A DNA stretch of 64,000 nucleotides from Lama guanicoe (lineage: Eukaryota), in the NCBI GenBank assembly GCA_013239625.1, contig MU054132.1, positions 620,001 to 684,000 on the forward strand, in the 5' to 3' direction. Positions 63,876-64,000 of this stretch are shown piece by piece. The translations under genes and the position numbers were made by a program. Each line of letters starts with the position of its first letter. The first letter of the stretch is position 1. Below the pieces are notes generated by a model that had not been told where the DNA came from, did no database searches, and saw nothing but the letters and a program-made list of their open reading frames with translations.

Positions 63876-64000
63876 GGGGGGGTGATATAGCTCACGGGTA
63901 GAGTGGGTGCCTAGCATGCACAAGGTCCTGGGTTCAATCCTCAGTACCTCTATTTGAAAAATGATAATAAATAAATAAACTTAATTACCTCCCCCCAAAA
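63876..64000 (+). mobile_element. Vic-1-type SINE (tail cut by window end)
   Basis: tRNA-like head and AATTACCTCCCCCC tail. Confidence 0.85.

Overview
Mammalian genomic DNA, most likely a camelid: six tRNA-Ala-derived Vic-1-type SINEs are present. Two convergent protein-coding genes can be assembled from splice signals. (1) KLHL18 lies on the + strand. Coding exons 2-10 span 24502-44911, all with GT-AG boundaries and consistent phases, giving 536 codons plus stop. Exon 1 lies upstream of the window, so 1-24501 is intron 1, and the 3' UTR runs to an AATAAA at 47762. (2) An intact four-exon cathelicidin-family gene of the NGP/p15 type lies on the - strand (CDS 60578 down to 58072, 191 aa). It has a cationic cathelin domain, a microsatellite-encoded Glu-rich linker, an RVRR|S furin-type site and a slightly anionic C-terminal tail. 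The rest is mostly interspersed repeats (L1, HAL1, L2, MIR, MER DNA transposons, LTRs, SINEs). Notable small-scale features are a tailless 5'-half tRNA-Glu retrocopy between 12-bp target-site duplications (TSDs), a ~510-bp foreign fragment with an exon-like segment inserted into an old L1 with fold-back junctions, and several inverted or chimeric L1 insertions. No prokaryote-type system such as a CRISPR array or operon is present. Gene and repeat-family names come from recalled sequences and were not checked against a database.
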